From Paecilomyces variotii (Eukaryota), in NCBI GenBank assembly GCA_004022145.1, contig RCNU01000005.1: DNA of 64,000 nt; one strand, written 5' to 3'. A model generated the notes under the pieces. That model was not told where the DNA came from. It worked only from the letters and a program-made list of their open reading frames with translations, and did not search any database. Positions 47,347-60,564 of the stretch are shown here, piece by piece (position 1 is the stretch's first letter; each line of letters opens with the position of its first letter). A program made the position numbers and the translations under genes.

Positions 47347-48579
47347 TCACAGGTAAGTTTGAACCTGCTCGTTTGTCCATTCCCAGTACCTTTTCCCGAG
47401 GGCTGGATCTAGTAAATCCCCCCTAGCAGTGGATAATCGCCCGAATGGCGCAACTGTAAATAAAGAGAAAAGGTTAGAAGAAAAGGGGCAGCTGTCGTTC
47501 TCCATGCGATGTTTACGTACTCCAACTTCCTGTCTTTTCTTCAGTTATTTCCGGATGTAAACCAGCGAATAGCTCCGTGTAAGCTCCGAATTTGGAATCA
47601 TGGGCGATCAGTTTCTTGAGTAGTTAGTTCAGGTCAGTCTAAGTTAATAATAGCAGGAGAAACTTCGGGAGGGAAGACAATTTACATATACTCACAACAA
47701 ATATTAATTGCCACTTAGGCATTGTGCGTTGCAGATCCGTAATCAGGTTTCCTGGATTCAAACTCTGCAAGGATACCGTCAGAATAACTGATAATATGAT
47801 CATGATGATCTTGAAAACGAGGGTGGAATTACCACGCTGATTATGCCTTCTTTCTTTACCTGTCTGGCAAACTCACACGCATGGAGGACGTTTCCGGCTT
47901 TACTTCGAGCGTATTTCCTCCATTGATTCTCATCTCGATGGTAGTCCATATTTGAGAAATCAATAGCAGGCTTCGGAGCTATCTCCGCCATGCTAGAAGA
48001 CACCCACACCACTCTGACAGACCCCTTCGGAGACGACTCTGCAGTCTGTTTCAAGACCGGGCGGAGAAAATGCGTGAACAGGAAGTGTCCAATATTGTTC
48101 GTTCCCAGTTGCAGCTCATATCCCTGTGCCGTTTTTGATCCTGCTGGCGGCACCATGACGCCGGCATTGTTCCAGAGAACATCCAATCGAGATTCTTTCT
48201 TGAGGAATTCTTCGGCCGATTTCCGAATCGTGGTCAAGTCACCGAGATCCAGGTGCAGAAAGATTAGCTGGCCTTTAGAGTCGGGATAAGTCTGTGAGAT
48301 CTCGGAGATTGCGCTTTCAGCCTTTTGTTTCGAGCGTGTCGCTACATAGACCGTGGCATTTCGTCCGTACAGGATGGCTGCTAGTTGCTTTCCTATCCCT
48401 CCACTTGAGCCTGTGATGATGAAGACCTAGCCATGTGTCTCGTGTCAGTTCTTCTCTGAATAGCAGATGTAGAACTGCAACTTCGCTGATATGGCGCATA
48501 CCTTTCCTTTCTGGTCAGAGAGATTCTCCTCGGTAAATCGAGGCGCTGGAGGAAATAGGTTGCTCCATTGCTGCCCCAT
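47347..48579 (-). CDS. Short-chain dehydrogenase/reductase (retinol-dehydrogenase-like)
   Basis: MGQQWSNLFPPAPRFTEENLSDQKGK-VFIITGSSGGIG (TGxxxGIG), NNAG, catalytic YARSK, SLNPGNLITDLQR, ending WEWTNEQVQTYL*. Four introns. Confidence 0.9.
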
Positions 48580-50559
48580 GATTGGCTTAGATACTAGTAG
48601 TTAATATACTTTGTAAAATATATGTATTCAAGGAACAATATTTGAGGAAAAGGGAGATCAAAAGAAAAAACAAGGCTACGAGTGACATCCTGCTGCGACA
48701 ACGTTAAGGGTGATCAGCAAAAATAAGCCCCTTAAATGGATTGAAGTCGCAGGTTGACGATGAAACAGTGAGCGTGATGGATGTATACGGGGTAGATAAT
48801 ATCAACATCTCCGTCGACCCCCGGTCGATACCGTCTATTCCTAGGCGTATCTTGTGATCGTCATTTCCGTCGAACTTATGGTCCGAACTAGATATGTCTA
48901 CCTAGAGGGTGCTTCTGCAACCCGGAACGGGAACATGGGATTCGCATTCAGTACTCAACGGCGGGCCAATAACAGCGAACTGCAAGGCTTGTCGCTCTTG
49001 TCGTGTATGAAACGTATGTTCATATCAACGGTCCATTCACTGTACTTTTGATTGACCACTTCCTGTAGGTATCATGCGATGGTAAGAAGCCACGATGTGG
49101 CCCGTTCTATGCGCCGGCATCATCAGTGTCTATCCACCAGACACTCGACACCAGCACCATCACATCATGTATCTCAAATATATGCTACCCCGAATAGATT
49201 TTCAGGCTCAGCTTCTAGCGAAGCTGCATCTGCTTCCATTTCAAGGAGGGGTTCCATAGGTCATTTCAATGTGAATAGAGCCCAAGTTACAGGTTCTATA
49301 GGTATAATACAATGGCGTTTCCACTGCTATTAATGATATCTCCCTGACTATGATGGGTTGCGAAACAATGTCTTCAATAAAGAGCATGTTCTCCGTATCC
49401 TCTACACTTGTATCGAAGATTTACTCCTTGGTGAAGAGATAAGACAAGCAAGCATCCCTACTGCAGATGCACATCTTATCGGCGGAAGACCCTCTCATGT
49501 ACACAATTTCCACTGGCTCCAGGTGGATGCATTGTGGGATAGCGAATAATATAACGCAGAGGTCCTGTCCAGTGTACTTAAGGGTGTTTGAAGTGTTGTC
49601 AATTGTCTCTATCTTCGGTTCTCGGGGTTCTTCCCGCTTTCACCGCACCCGGAAAATACCGGGCTCATTATTGAGGATGCATCTTCCGCCACTCATGTCT
49701 ACACGTATACTTGCTAACGCCAGGTGACGAGTCATAGATGCATTGATGAGCCGTGCCGGGGCAGCAGTCTGAAATTTAGGATGTCTGCAGGTGGATGAGT
49801 AAATGCTATAAACAGCCGGGTGCTGGAGTAGATCCTCGGAGTAGCTAAAATAGCGGAGATGGCACCGGACGGCGAGACCTCTGGGCATAATTTGTATTCG
49901 AGGCTTCTAACATCTGGCAGATAGATAGATGCTCCGTCTGTTGACAAAATACGATAAGTCATATTGAAAGGTTTGAAAATGGATAGGTACCTAATGTTGG
50001 CAATAGGTCTAGACTCATAGAAATCATCAGCTCCGATTGTCTCCTCTGTCAATCAGATTAAAGTAGCTAATATATGGACCCGGTCGGACACGTCAGGGAT
50101 CCATTTTCGGGATCTGAAGAAAGATAAGATTTGGCTAAAAAAATACTAGGATAGGTAGTTAAGGAGCACAGGATAGGTATCTACTGATGATTACGCAGTT
50201 TAATAGGTAGGTAGTTAGCATGCTGAGTTAGTTTGACGCTTGAGAGCCATCATCGCCTGTTTGGATCATATGCGCAGTAGACTTTATTAGCTGCATAACT
50301 GCTTTCCAAAGTAATCGGGATGCATGTTAAACTATCAAGCCTTTTTTATAAAGATATCGCTATACCCGATTTCTAATACATCGATCATTTTTATTTACCG
50401 ATCCGGTCCGCGGCTGTCCTGCGGGGCATTGCGTTATGCATATATCGTGATCTCTATCTTAATACTAGTCTCAAGATAAAAAATTATATAACTAGTCATG
50501 ATTGTATTCTCCTGTCTCGATCTTTGCTCGTAATATCTTCTTCAGTGTTAACTGCAGCC

Positions 50560-52144
50560 ATGGCGAGGACTAAATCCCCAAAAGGAAACAACAGAATCGA
50601 ATACCACCACTGGGACCATAGCTTCCGATGGACTGAATTACACAGATCATCAGAAGAACTACGCCCACTGACCGTCTCATGGGATAAACTCGCCGATGAA
50701 TGCGTTGATATAATCAATGGAATGCCGTCTGGTCCCAGCGATACAAGCAAGAACCCTTGTAAACGAGACATATATGCACTATTAAGTGCCAATGTTGACA
50801 AAAATGCCAAGTTAAAAGAATTCTGGACAGAAATCAATACGGTCCCGGAATGGGTGGATTGGGAGCAAATCAAGCGAGGTCAAGATGTGTTCTATCGATA
50901 TGCAATACCTATCATAATCGCAGTAAGTGCTTGTTCTGTCCAAGGCTGAGGATAATCGACGAAAGCTAATATTCTGCGGAAGCTTGCATTTCAAAGCCTA
51001 CTTGGTGGGATGTATGGAACTGGCAAAGGTTCAAATATTGAATAGGAAGACGACTAACATCAACCCGAACTTAGGGGTGCGCCTCGAGTCGTGGAAACCC
51101 TTTCGCGCACAGGAGGTTTCAGTGCGAGAGTGGTTCGACGTCGACTTCTAGAAACTGTGCAGCATACTCTCGATGTCACCGGGTCAGTAAACGCAATGAA
51201 GCCTGGGGGAGAGGGCCATGTCTCATCTGTTCGAGTACGATTGCTCCACTCAGTCGTACGCCTTAGAATCTTGAACCTCGCGATACAGCAACCGGACTAT
51301 TACGACAAGGAAAAATACGGTGTTCCTATCAACGACCTCGATTGCATTGCGACTATTAATATCTTCTCCAGCAACGTGGTGTGGATGGGTCTTCCACGCC
51401 AAGGTGTTTACCTCTCAAAGCAGGAAATTGAAGATTATATAGCGTTATGGAGATTGGTTGCCTACTACATGGGCACACCAACAGAAGCATGGGAGAACAC
51501 AGAAAAGGCGAAAGCCATGATGGAGTCGCTGCTTGTTTCTGAAATTGATCCGTCTGAAACTGGGAAAATCTTAGCCAAGAATATCATTCTCGGTCTCGAG
51601 AATACTCCGCCACTATATGTGTCGAAAGAGCTCCTGGAAGCGATCACTCGACTACTCAATGGAAAGGACCTCTCTGACGAGCTGGATATTCCACGATCAA
51701 GTCTGTACTATCGGATAATCATATATGGATACTGCTTCGGAGTGATTATATTCTCATATATGAAACCAAAAAGTGGTTTCCTTGACAGAAAAATCATTGA
51801 AGTATGTCCTGATATATATATGCATAATATAGCATATACCCCTCACCTCTTGTAAAGGAGCATTCGCTAACGTCGAGGATACTATCGTATAGTGGTATCG
51901 AAAATACCTACGCGATATAATGATATATCGGAAGGACGGCCTCGGCGGCGAGACGCTCTTTGACTTCAAATACCTCCCAACCCTAACACGCACGACACGG
52001 CTGGGGAAGCGGAGGACCAATCTCAAATGGCACGGTATGAAAATCATGGGATTGTTCGGCCCTTTCATTACTCTAGGTTTGATCTTATTTCTGGGCATTG
52101 GATGGTACTCCATAAGTATAGCACTTTCTGCGATTAGCTCTTGA
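50560..52144 (+). CDS. ER-bound oxygenase, MpaB/rubber-oxygenase catalytic domain (DUF2236) family
   Basis: VPEWVDWEQIKRGQDVFYRY, micro-exon LAFQSLLGGM, VETLSRTGGF, RRLLET, VRVRLLHSVVR (heme-ligand His region), GVPINDLD, YIALWRLVAYYMG, and a C-terminal TM segment. Three introns. Confidence 0.88.
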
Positions 52145-55100
52145 TCATTGTCGCGCAATGACTGTCGGCTGTCCCGGAAAGCCTAAATAGAATTGTCCCA
52201 ACCTCTTAAAAGGTGATAACTTATGTATGCTGAGTGTATATCTACGTCGATTTGCCAAAGACAAATCGTAGTCTTCAGTCTTCCGATCGACCAAGTTGCA
52301 CATATTCTGTACTCCCGGAAACTAGGGACCTCTCAACATCGAGATCGTAACATAATCGAGTCGACATCAAGGCTGTAGCCAGTCTCGTTCGACATTCTGC
52401 TTTGCTCATGAGCTATGGCCGCGATTGACCCAGTAGACTGGAAACGTCACTCAGTGGGCAGGGTAGATCCTCATACCCGAACTTTGTTGGAAGTTGTTGC
52501 AACGCTTTATTTGATGTCCAGATTTCATCTACCGGACCCACCGGAAGTTGGAGTGGACCAACAATTCCAAAAGACTGTCTCTCTACGTCATGAAGAGTCC
52601 ATCATAGTACCAATAATGATCAATTTGTTCTGCTGCTGTAGAGGAAGAGAGTTCTTTTCTGTGTGCGACGATTCACTCACATTTGGCAATGCATGAGAAA
52701 TATTATGAAGGTTAGCAAAAGCTTACTTTTCAGAATGGGGTTACATCGAATAAATTTGTCACTGGACAGCGGTGGACTTTGCTGATGTCTAGGTATTGTT
52801 TGACTTCACAAGGGTAAGAGTTAGTCAAACCGTGATTCGTAGTCTCATTCTTGGGATGATGAATGATGCATTGACCCCGGTTTTTGCCGCCAGTAGAGCA
52901 GGCGGTGAGACCCCACGACCTGGAGAATGGGCGGTAGACTACAGTAATGTTTACTAGCATGGTGGACGACATCAGAAAAACTGGTTCAAGAATACTATTC
53001 AAGCTATGGAGTTTATTCAAGCATCGAGAAATGAAAATGGAGAACCCTCTAGCTTTGGCAGAAAGAAGAGAGGAACACTCATCGTGTCTAATATACACGA
53101 TTGTGCTCGAGAAGTCTCTTCGATGTAGAAATGGCTAACTATGGCACGATTCGTTATCCTCTTTCACCACTCCAACCTCCACTCGCTCTAATTGATTAAC
53201 TCCGACTAGTTAGCTAGTTAGTTGAATCGATGAGTAAGCAAAACAGAGCGAGGGAACCAGGTGATTATTATGATTATTTTCCCAGGATGTTTCAGGATTC
53301 GCACACGTATGCGTTATTGGTCGAAGGATGTATGTACATACCACGGAACAAGAGTCGATGATGGCGTCCAACTGGACGGTCCAGCCGCACTAGGTATTCT
53401 GAAGAATAGGGGAAATAAAATAATACAAGATAGCAGCCTCACAATCCGCGGAAAAGGAGAGGTGAAGGTAGAGTCCGCCAATTACCTTACCATCCTAAAT
53501 GGCATACCTGAAATGACGATCTTTTTGACCAAGATCCTGTCGCTTGTTGCAGTAAGCAGATTGGCGTGATTCGCCTCCTGGTGGAGTCGTCAGAAAAGTT
53601 CATTTTAAGTTTGAGACCGCACGTACTAGGTTCGTTCTTTTCTCTCCAGTTAAGGGCTTGAAGTGTGGAGCAAGCGATGCCCTTTTTCGTGTCATCGGCG
53701 AAACATGCTGCGAACCGCTTGCCACAGCAGAATCGCGTCTACGCGATGGGCCAACTTTCTCCACTGATAGACATAGCCAACCTGTTTGCAGTAGTACATA
53801 GTGGGTGCTTTCCGAATGTCTTATGTTCCGCACATTGTGGTCTTGTACCCTACCATACTTCTACTCCGTAGAATAATATGGTCTGAATGAAGTTCGTGTA
53901 TACGGAAAAGGGGTCAGAAGAAGCGAAGTCCCTGCCAAGACGGGAGGCGCAAGTAGACATCAGGGAACTCGCATGGATAAATCCACCGTGAGGCGTCATT
54001 AGCACATGTGCATCCTGTTCAGAATCCGCGCTGACGGGAGCGTATACATGTTGGTACAGTACATATACTGTAAGGGACATGATTGACATGGGCGGCAGAC
54101 ATCGATCTTCATGCTTCTTTCTCTTCGGGAAGACACCAGGGCCTCCCTGCCCACGGACGAGAATGAATCTGATCTGAGTTTCCGCCCTGATCGCGCGATC
54201 GATCGATAGATCTGCCTGCAGAGCTTGCCCAGCTGGTGACAACTGGATATGCCAGACCACGCAAGTGACCAATGGCCAAGTCGTGTGGGGTCTCAATAAT
54301 GGGACCCTGATCCAGCAACACAGTGTTTGGTGCCTATCGGTTCTTTTTACCATCACTCGAGCTTCTAGGAGGGGATTGATCGCTTACCATACAGAACGAT
54401 GCAATAATGTGAGATTCCGCTCGCAACACTGACGCGGAATATTCCCCGCAAACTCTGTCGAGCATTGAAAGGTTCGCGCGGAAGCGCGTGTGCATCAACA
54501 CTACGACGGAACGGTTCTGGGGATCTGACAGACACAAAAGGCCGTTAAGACCCTGGGGCGCGCTGATAGGGATGATTCGCTTCTGGGGGATGTGGCGTTG
54601 GACCCAAGGAAGTTGAAACATAGCTACAGTAGAAGAAGGCTGCTGAACGGGAGAAATTTTGCCCTAGAGTGGATGTAACCCCTCAGGCGCTTAATGAGGA
54701 CACACCGGAAAGCGTCATTCTGGAGATGTTCTTTTTAGGCACTGGAGTACCCTGATTATTATTCTTTTCTTGCATCACACTCGTTCTTTGCTCTTCTCCT
54801 TGCCCTGTTCAGGAATCCTCTCCTTTCCTACTGTCGTGCTGTGACGCACAATCCATTCTTTCTTTAGTAACACTCGGCCAAAAAAGCTCGAGACGACTTT
54901 CGTTCCGATTCCCCACGCGCGCTCGACGCACCAGCCATAGAGCCGGCCAAAGCCCGTCGTGTGCACTGGCGGACGATCTCTCTATAGCTGGGAATACCGT
55001 TTAGTTGCAACTCCACTTCGACGCCTTCTGGGCATCCCTGGGCATAATATATAACTTTACGCTCCCCAGTTGGTTCTGCACCCATGTCCGGGCTGCCGGG

Positions 55101-55152
55101 CCGTCTACATTACAAGCGATCATCTTCGCATAGATTCCAGCAAATACCGGAG

Positions 55153-57988
55153 ATGGCTTCGGAAGACCGTCGCAACCCCAATGATGCGACAATTGATATT
55201 CCTCTCTCAAACATTTCCAGTCGAGGGCAGACGCGGACACAACAAGATACGAGCTATGAACCTCATTCTGACTTCTCGACCCCGTTCGAGAACAATGAGA
55301 AGGGAGACCTTTCTCATCAAGGCCCAGGTCGGCGCAGAAGGCTGGCCGACAAAGATGCGAAAAACATGGAAGATCCGCAAGATGGCTCTCTGAACCGCCT
55401 GGGGCGAATGTATACGGCCATCCTGAATTTCTCAGTCGTCACGAGATATATCATCTATGTGTCTCCTCTCGCGTTGCTGATTGCGGTCCCAATCATTGTT
55501 GGAGCCACGGATGTAGGACAGAATGCAAAGATCGGAGGGGTCAAGATTGTCTGGTTCTTCACTTGGATCGAGGTAGTCTGGCTGAGCTTGTGGACGTCCA
55601 AGCTGGTGTCGCATACCCTGCCGTATGTCTTCCAATTTCTTTGTGGCATTGTCAGTTCGGGAACGCGTAAATATGCGCTTATCTTGCGAGCTTTGGAGAT
55701 CCCCATGTCACTTGTGTTTTGGTGCATCGTCTCACTGGTGACGTTCCTGCCGGTATGTTAGGGAATACTGCTAGTCGTATCCGACAGTTAAGCTAACGGG
55801 ACATAGATCATGACTCTCAACCCTGATAACAAAAGGGAAAATGACACTAGCACGAAGTCATGGGAGAAGACGATCAAGAATATATTGTTCGGTTTCCTCG
55901 TCTGCAGTATAATCTTTCTGGGAGAGAAGCTCATTGTCCAGCTCATCTCCGTCAGCTATCACCGGAAGCAATTTGACCTCAGGATCAGAGCGTCGAAGCA
56001 TAACATCTATCTCTTGGGAGAGCTGTATGAGGCATCGCGGAAACTCTTCCCTGAATTCTGTAAAGAATTCAGAGAAGAGGATGAAATCGTTTCTGACTCG
56101 CTCCTGGCGACCAAGAAAGGCAAACACTCCAAACATCTCAGTGCTACGGTACCTCTTCGCCTGATGCGAAATGTTGGATATACAGCAGGACGTATTGGTG
56201 ATAAGATGACTGCAGCTTTCGGTAATGTCGCACAAGAAATCACTGGACAACAACTCTTCAATGTTTCTTCGTCGCATTCGATCGTGCTTAGGGCTCTAGA
56301 GCGGAAAAGGGCGTCGGAGGCTCTTGCTCGACGTATCTGGATGTCTTTCGTTGTGGAGGGCAATGACACGCTGTCCCTCGAGGATATCGTCGAAGTCCTT
56401 GGTCCTGAAAGACAAGCAGAGGCTGACGAGTGTTTCGCTATTCTGGACCGTGACGGCAACGGCGACGTGAGCCTGGAGGAGATGATTCTCACGGTTACTG
56501 AGTTAGGAAGAACCAGTAAATCGCTCGCTAAAAGTATGCATGATGTCGACCAAGCGATTCATGTCCTCGATAACCTTCTCCTAACGGTGGCATTCATCAT
56601 CATGGTCCTGGTATTCAGTAAGTTTTCTGTTTTTCTGTGCTTCAGTTCGCAGTTATAGCTAATAGTCTCTAGTATCTTTTGTGACCAGTGGTTTTGGTAC
56701 TGTTATCGCTGCAGGTGCCACTTCTCTGCTATCTCTTTCGTTCGTCTTTGCGACAACTTGTCAAGAGGTCCTCGGTTCCTGTATCTTCTTGTTCGTGAAA
56801 CATCCGTTCGATGTTGGCGACCGTGTGACCATCAACAACGAAGACCTCATTGTCGAGCGGATCTCTCTTCTATTCACAGTTTTCCGAAGCATCGATGATC
56901 AGCGGACTACCCAATGCCCGAATATCGTCCTGAACACATTGTGGGTCGACAACCTCACACGCTCGGATGCTATGCGCGAGCGTCTCACTTTGACCGTCGA
57001 CTTTGGTACCAGCTTTGCCGATGTCCAATTGCTGAAGAAGGAGATGGAGAATTTTGTGCGGGACAAGGAAAACTACCGTGATTTTCAGCCGGATGTGGAC
57101 GTTGAGGTTCTCGGGATAGGCAATATGGACAAGCTTGAGCTCAGGGTCGAAATCCGTCACAAGTCCAACTGGTCCAATGAAAGCATCCGCGCCACCCGCC
57201 GTTCGAAGTTCATGTGTGCACTCGTTGTCGCTGTTCGCAAAATCCCGATCTACGGCCCTGGAGGTGGCGGGGCTGCTTTGGGCGATCCGTCAAACCCATC
57301 GTATTCAGTCAGCGTCACCGATGAGCAGGCTAAAGCATATCGCGAGAAGGCTGCCCAGGACAAGGAGGCTGGGCGTATGATTCCAAAGAGCCAGCTGAAG
57401 GACCTGAAGTCACTTACGGAGTCGCCAATACTCGAAGCAAAATCCACTGGAATTGATCTCGGCAACTCAACAAGTAGTGTTCAGCATCGAGGTGCCGCAA
57501 CTCCGGCAGACGCTGATGCTGCATTTATTAGTGCCCTCACCGCTCGAGCGCCAGGTGAAGACAAAGCACGTCCAGAAGACGACAACCTCTATCGTGCTGC
57601 AAGTGGCAGCACGGCCGGTGGCCCTAATGCCGACACCAACGAAACCACTGGTCTGCTTCGCGAGGTCTCTACGGGAAGACGAAAGAAGAGCACCACCACC
57701 TCTCGACCTGGAACAGGTGCCGCCGTTGCACCCGCTATATCTGCACCCGCAGAATATGAGGAATACAGCACCTACTACGACCAAGCTGAAGAAGGACCGA
57801 GTCATCCGTATCGGCAGCAGTACATGTCCCAGCCTGGTCGTCCATACGAGTCCACGCCTGCCATTACCGAGACCGCACCAACCCCCTCTTTGCAGGTACC
57901 CTCTGCCAGAAGACCTGTTCAAGGCAGCGCTATATCCAGCCACTCGTCTCATTCGCAGAACCCGCCTTCAGAATCCGGATCAATCTGA
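55153..57988 (+). CDS. MscS-family mechanosensitive ion channel with an EF-hand (Msy1/Msy2-like)
   Basis: Several N-terminal TM helices, EF-hand DRDGNGDVSLEE, and MscS core FLFVKHPFDVGDRV...VERISLLFTVF...PNIVLNTLWVDNLTRS. Introns about 55753-55806 and 56618-56671. An in-frame upstream ATG lies at 55084. Confidence 0.92.
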
Positions 57989-58651
57989 AGCGGTTCGCTC
58001 GCATCATTTTGGAGCAGCATTTAACCAATTCTTACTAAGATTTTCTTGTCCCATATCTTCTTTTTGATCCTTTCTACCGTTGTCTTTTTTCCTCCTTGAA
58101 ATGCCCTTTTCTTGAAGAATTGTCCCTTGCTGGTTCTGGGACAAGAGCGAAAAAGGAAAAGCAAGAATATTATAGACTTTTGTGTGTGATTTTTTCTTTT
58201 TGGAGATATGCTGAATATGTTATGACGAATCTTGACGTGTGGGAATAAGGGAACAAGATATCATATTTACATTAGATTTCGCCATGCTTGACATTGCAGG
58301 TCAATTCAGTGATAATGATACATAACTGTTTCTTCTTTGCGATATCGTAATATAGTACAGACTATGGACACATCAGGACCGTTAAGGTCCAAAGAAATTC
58401 TTCAGAATGGAGATTGATATCACATGATTGAGGTATCTCAAGCCACAGCAGCATAATCTAGTTAGTAGAATAGCAGAAAGGCGAGGCCAGTTAAGAGTCA
58501 TCTCACGACTTATGGGCCCACAGGCTGTGTAGCGTATGAACTTCGTGACGCGGATTTGGATAAGGCGCACAGCTCCTGCTATGGATACCTCCGACCCGCA
58601 TGGTGCTTGCTCATGGACATATCAGGAAAACATGGCGGACAAGAAGGTGTC

Positions 58652-59660
58652 TCACTTCGACTCCTTCCACGGATATGAGACACCATCATCCTTTCTGATC
58701 CAGATCTTCGACTTCCGCTTGGTAACCACATGCTCGACAAACACCTCGCGCGTATACTTCGCCTTGAACTTGCGAATCCATCGAGGATCCCACAATTCGC
58801 TAGCGATACCGAGATCCTTACAGCATCGCACTAGGGCATTGGAACGGCAGCCTTCGGTGGCAGTGGGAATTCCGTCCGGGGAGAAATAATCCTGTTCGCC
58901 GCGAGCGACAGAGACGAGACTTTTAAAAAGGCAGGACAATTAGATTCCCGTATTTATATCGCGCTGGAAAGGAAATGAATGCAAGACAACACACGTACCG
59001 TCCGTTACACACCAGAGCATACTCTCTCGTCACCGTCTTCGGAGTCACGATGCTCTCGCTCCTTGGCACGAGACCCCATCCACCCGGTCCAAAGGCACGG
59101 TTCAATATCCGTCTGTATTTGATCTCAGGCAGGTAGACAATGCCATCTGGTTTGATCTCGACTTCCTCGGGATCTGTCTCTGCGAGCAAAATATCCGCGA
59201 CTTCCTTGGGGAATGGAGCTGCGCTGAGACCGTGGAATGATCGCGTCCAATCGACCTTCTCTTCTGGCTGTACCTCGAGCTCCAGTGGTCTATCCGAGAG
59301 TCCTGTTTTCTGGATATTGTCCGTCGTAGGATGGGAAGGGGTAGGCGCTGCAACTTTGGTGGCGCGCGAGTTCGATGCGGAGGTGGAAGGAGCAGAAATC
59401 GTCGATGCTGGGGCTGGGCTCGTAGGTTTTGCTGGAGCTGAAGGGGACGATCGTTGTTCCTGTCGGAATGGTGTAGAATAGCTTATTGAACGACTGTATA
59501 TGTGGTTGCTACCACAGGTGGCTCTGATCGAACCCAAACCATTGCCGGAGCTTGTCGCCAAAGATCGAGAACTGAACGAGCGAGAGGTAAGGAAAAGCCT
59601 GCTAGAAGGCTTAAGCACCTCAGCGCCCCAGATGGACCTGCTGAGAGCGGCAGGCGACAT
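58652..59660 (-). CDS. mgm101: Mitochondrial genome maintenance protein Mgm101 (Rad52-like ssDNA annealing protein)
   Basis: Arg/Ser-rich presequence, [40 protein letters not shown], then an intron and ARGEQDYF...[29 protein letters not shown]. Confidence 0.95.
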
Positions 59661-59743
59661 ATTCAAGTCTATTTGTTGAATTGGAAATAGTTTACGCGAC
59701 CAAGCACCGATAAAGCTCGAGGTCCTAGTTCTCGCGCGATATG

Positions 59744-59757
59744 ATATCACGTGATAT
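59744..59757. promoter_or_regulatory. 14-bp palindrome containing a CACGTG E-box in the divergent mgm101/bpl1 promoter
   Basis: ATATCACGTGATAT, about 85 bp upstream of the mgm101 ATG. Confidence 0.55.
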
Positions 59758-60564
59758 ACAGAGAGGCGTTAAGAGTGGCAGAAAATGTCATTTAATCAGC
59801 TATCTAATGTACAGGTTATTGTGGTATGAGCAGAGATAATCTATTATAGGACTTTCGCGGGCTTGCATGTTTGCGTCGCTGAAGTCTTTTGGATGCACTG
59901 TCGTGCTAGACATCTTTGGATTCTGTTCTCTGGTCATTTCCGTGACGTTTCCAGCATTCGCGGAATGCTTCCATCTGCAGGATATGAATAATTCGTTAGC
60001 AGCAGTATTTGTATTTATGTCAGTAAGATCACCTATTAAATGTTCTCAGGGCTGGTTGCCGACTACTAGCCAAGCATGTAAAGCTCCGAGGCGTCACGGA
60101 TCGATACTTGCAAGGTTCGGCCTGCCTCGGGGGATATTTGTTGGGGGAGAAAATCTGAGACTCACATCTTTCTTGCAGGCTCTCCAATCTCTCTTTTCGT
60201 AGTAACAATCATTCATCTTAAGCTGTTCGGCTTTACGGTGTTAGAACAGAGAATATACTTGTCAGATTAAAGCACGACTCACCTGCGCAGCCGGTGCTGA
60301 AGATTCGCTTGTCCCTGCGATACTCGGAGCGTTAGTTTTACAACTTCAAGCTCCGCCAGCCTGTTCAGCTACCAAAAGCTTACCAGTCATCTGGCTCATC
60401 GTCGTCGTTTGACGCAACTACTGGGGTGTATCCTTCGCTCTTGGACATCGTGCAGTCGTTCTCGCCTTCTCAGCGCAAGGTCTGAAAGGGATAGAATTGC
60501 AGTTTTTCTCAACGCTCGGGATTTGGATACCTAAATACTATCCCCGCTCCCGAACGAACGAAAA

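Noticed and set aside
49640..50052. Short minus-strand ORFs between the SDR and the oxygenase
   Set aside because: No recognisable family and no coherent exon structure.
31012..52144. Classical secondary-metabolite gene cluster
   Set aside because: No PKS, NRPS, DMATS or terpene cyclase backbone and no transporter in the window. The oxidative genes are separated by housekeeping-type loci.
58458..58588. Possible 3' UTR intron of mgm101 (GTATCC...TACTAAC-TAG)
   Set aside because: The branch point sits directly against the AG, much closer than in the other introns here. It cannot be supported without RNA data.
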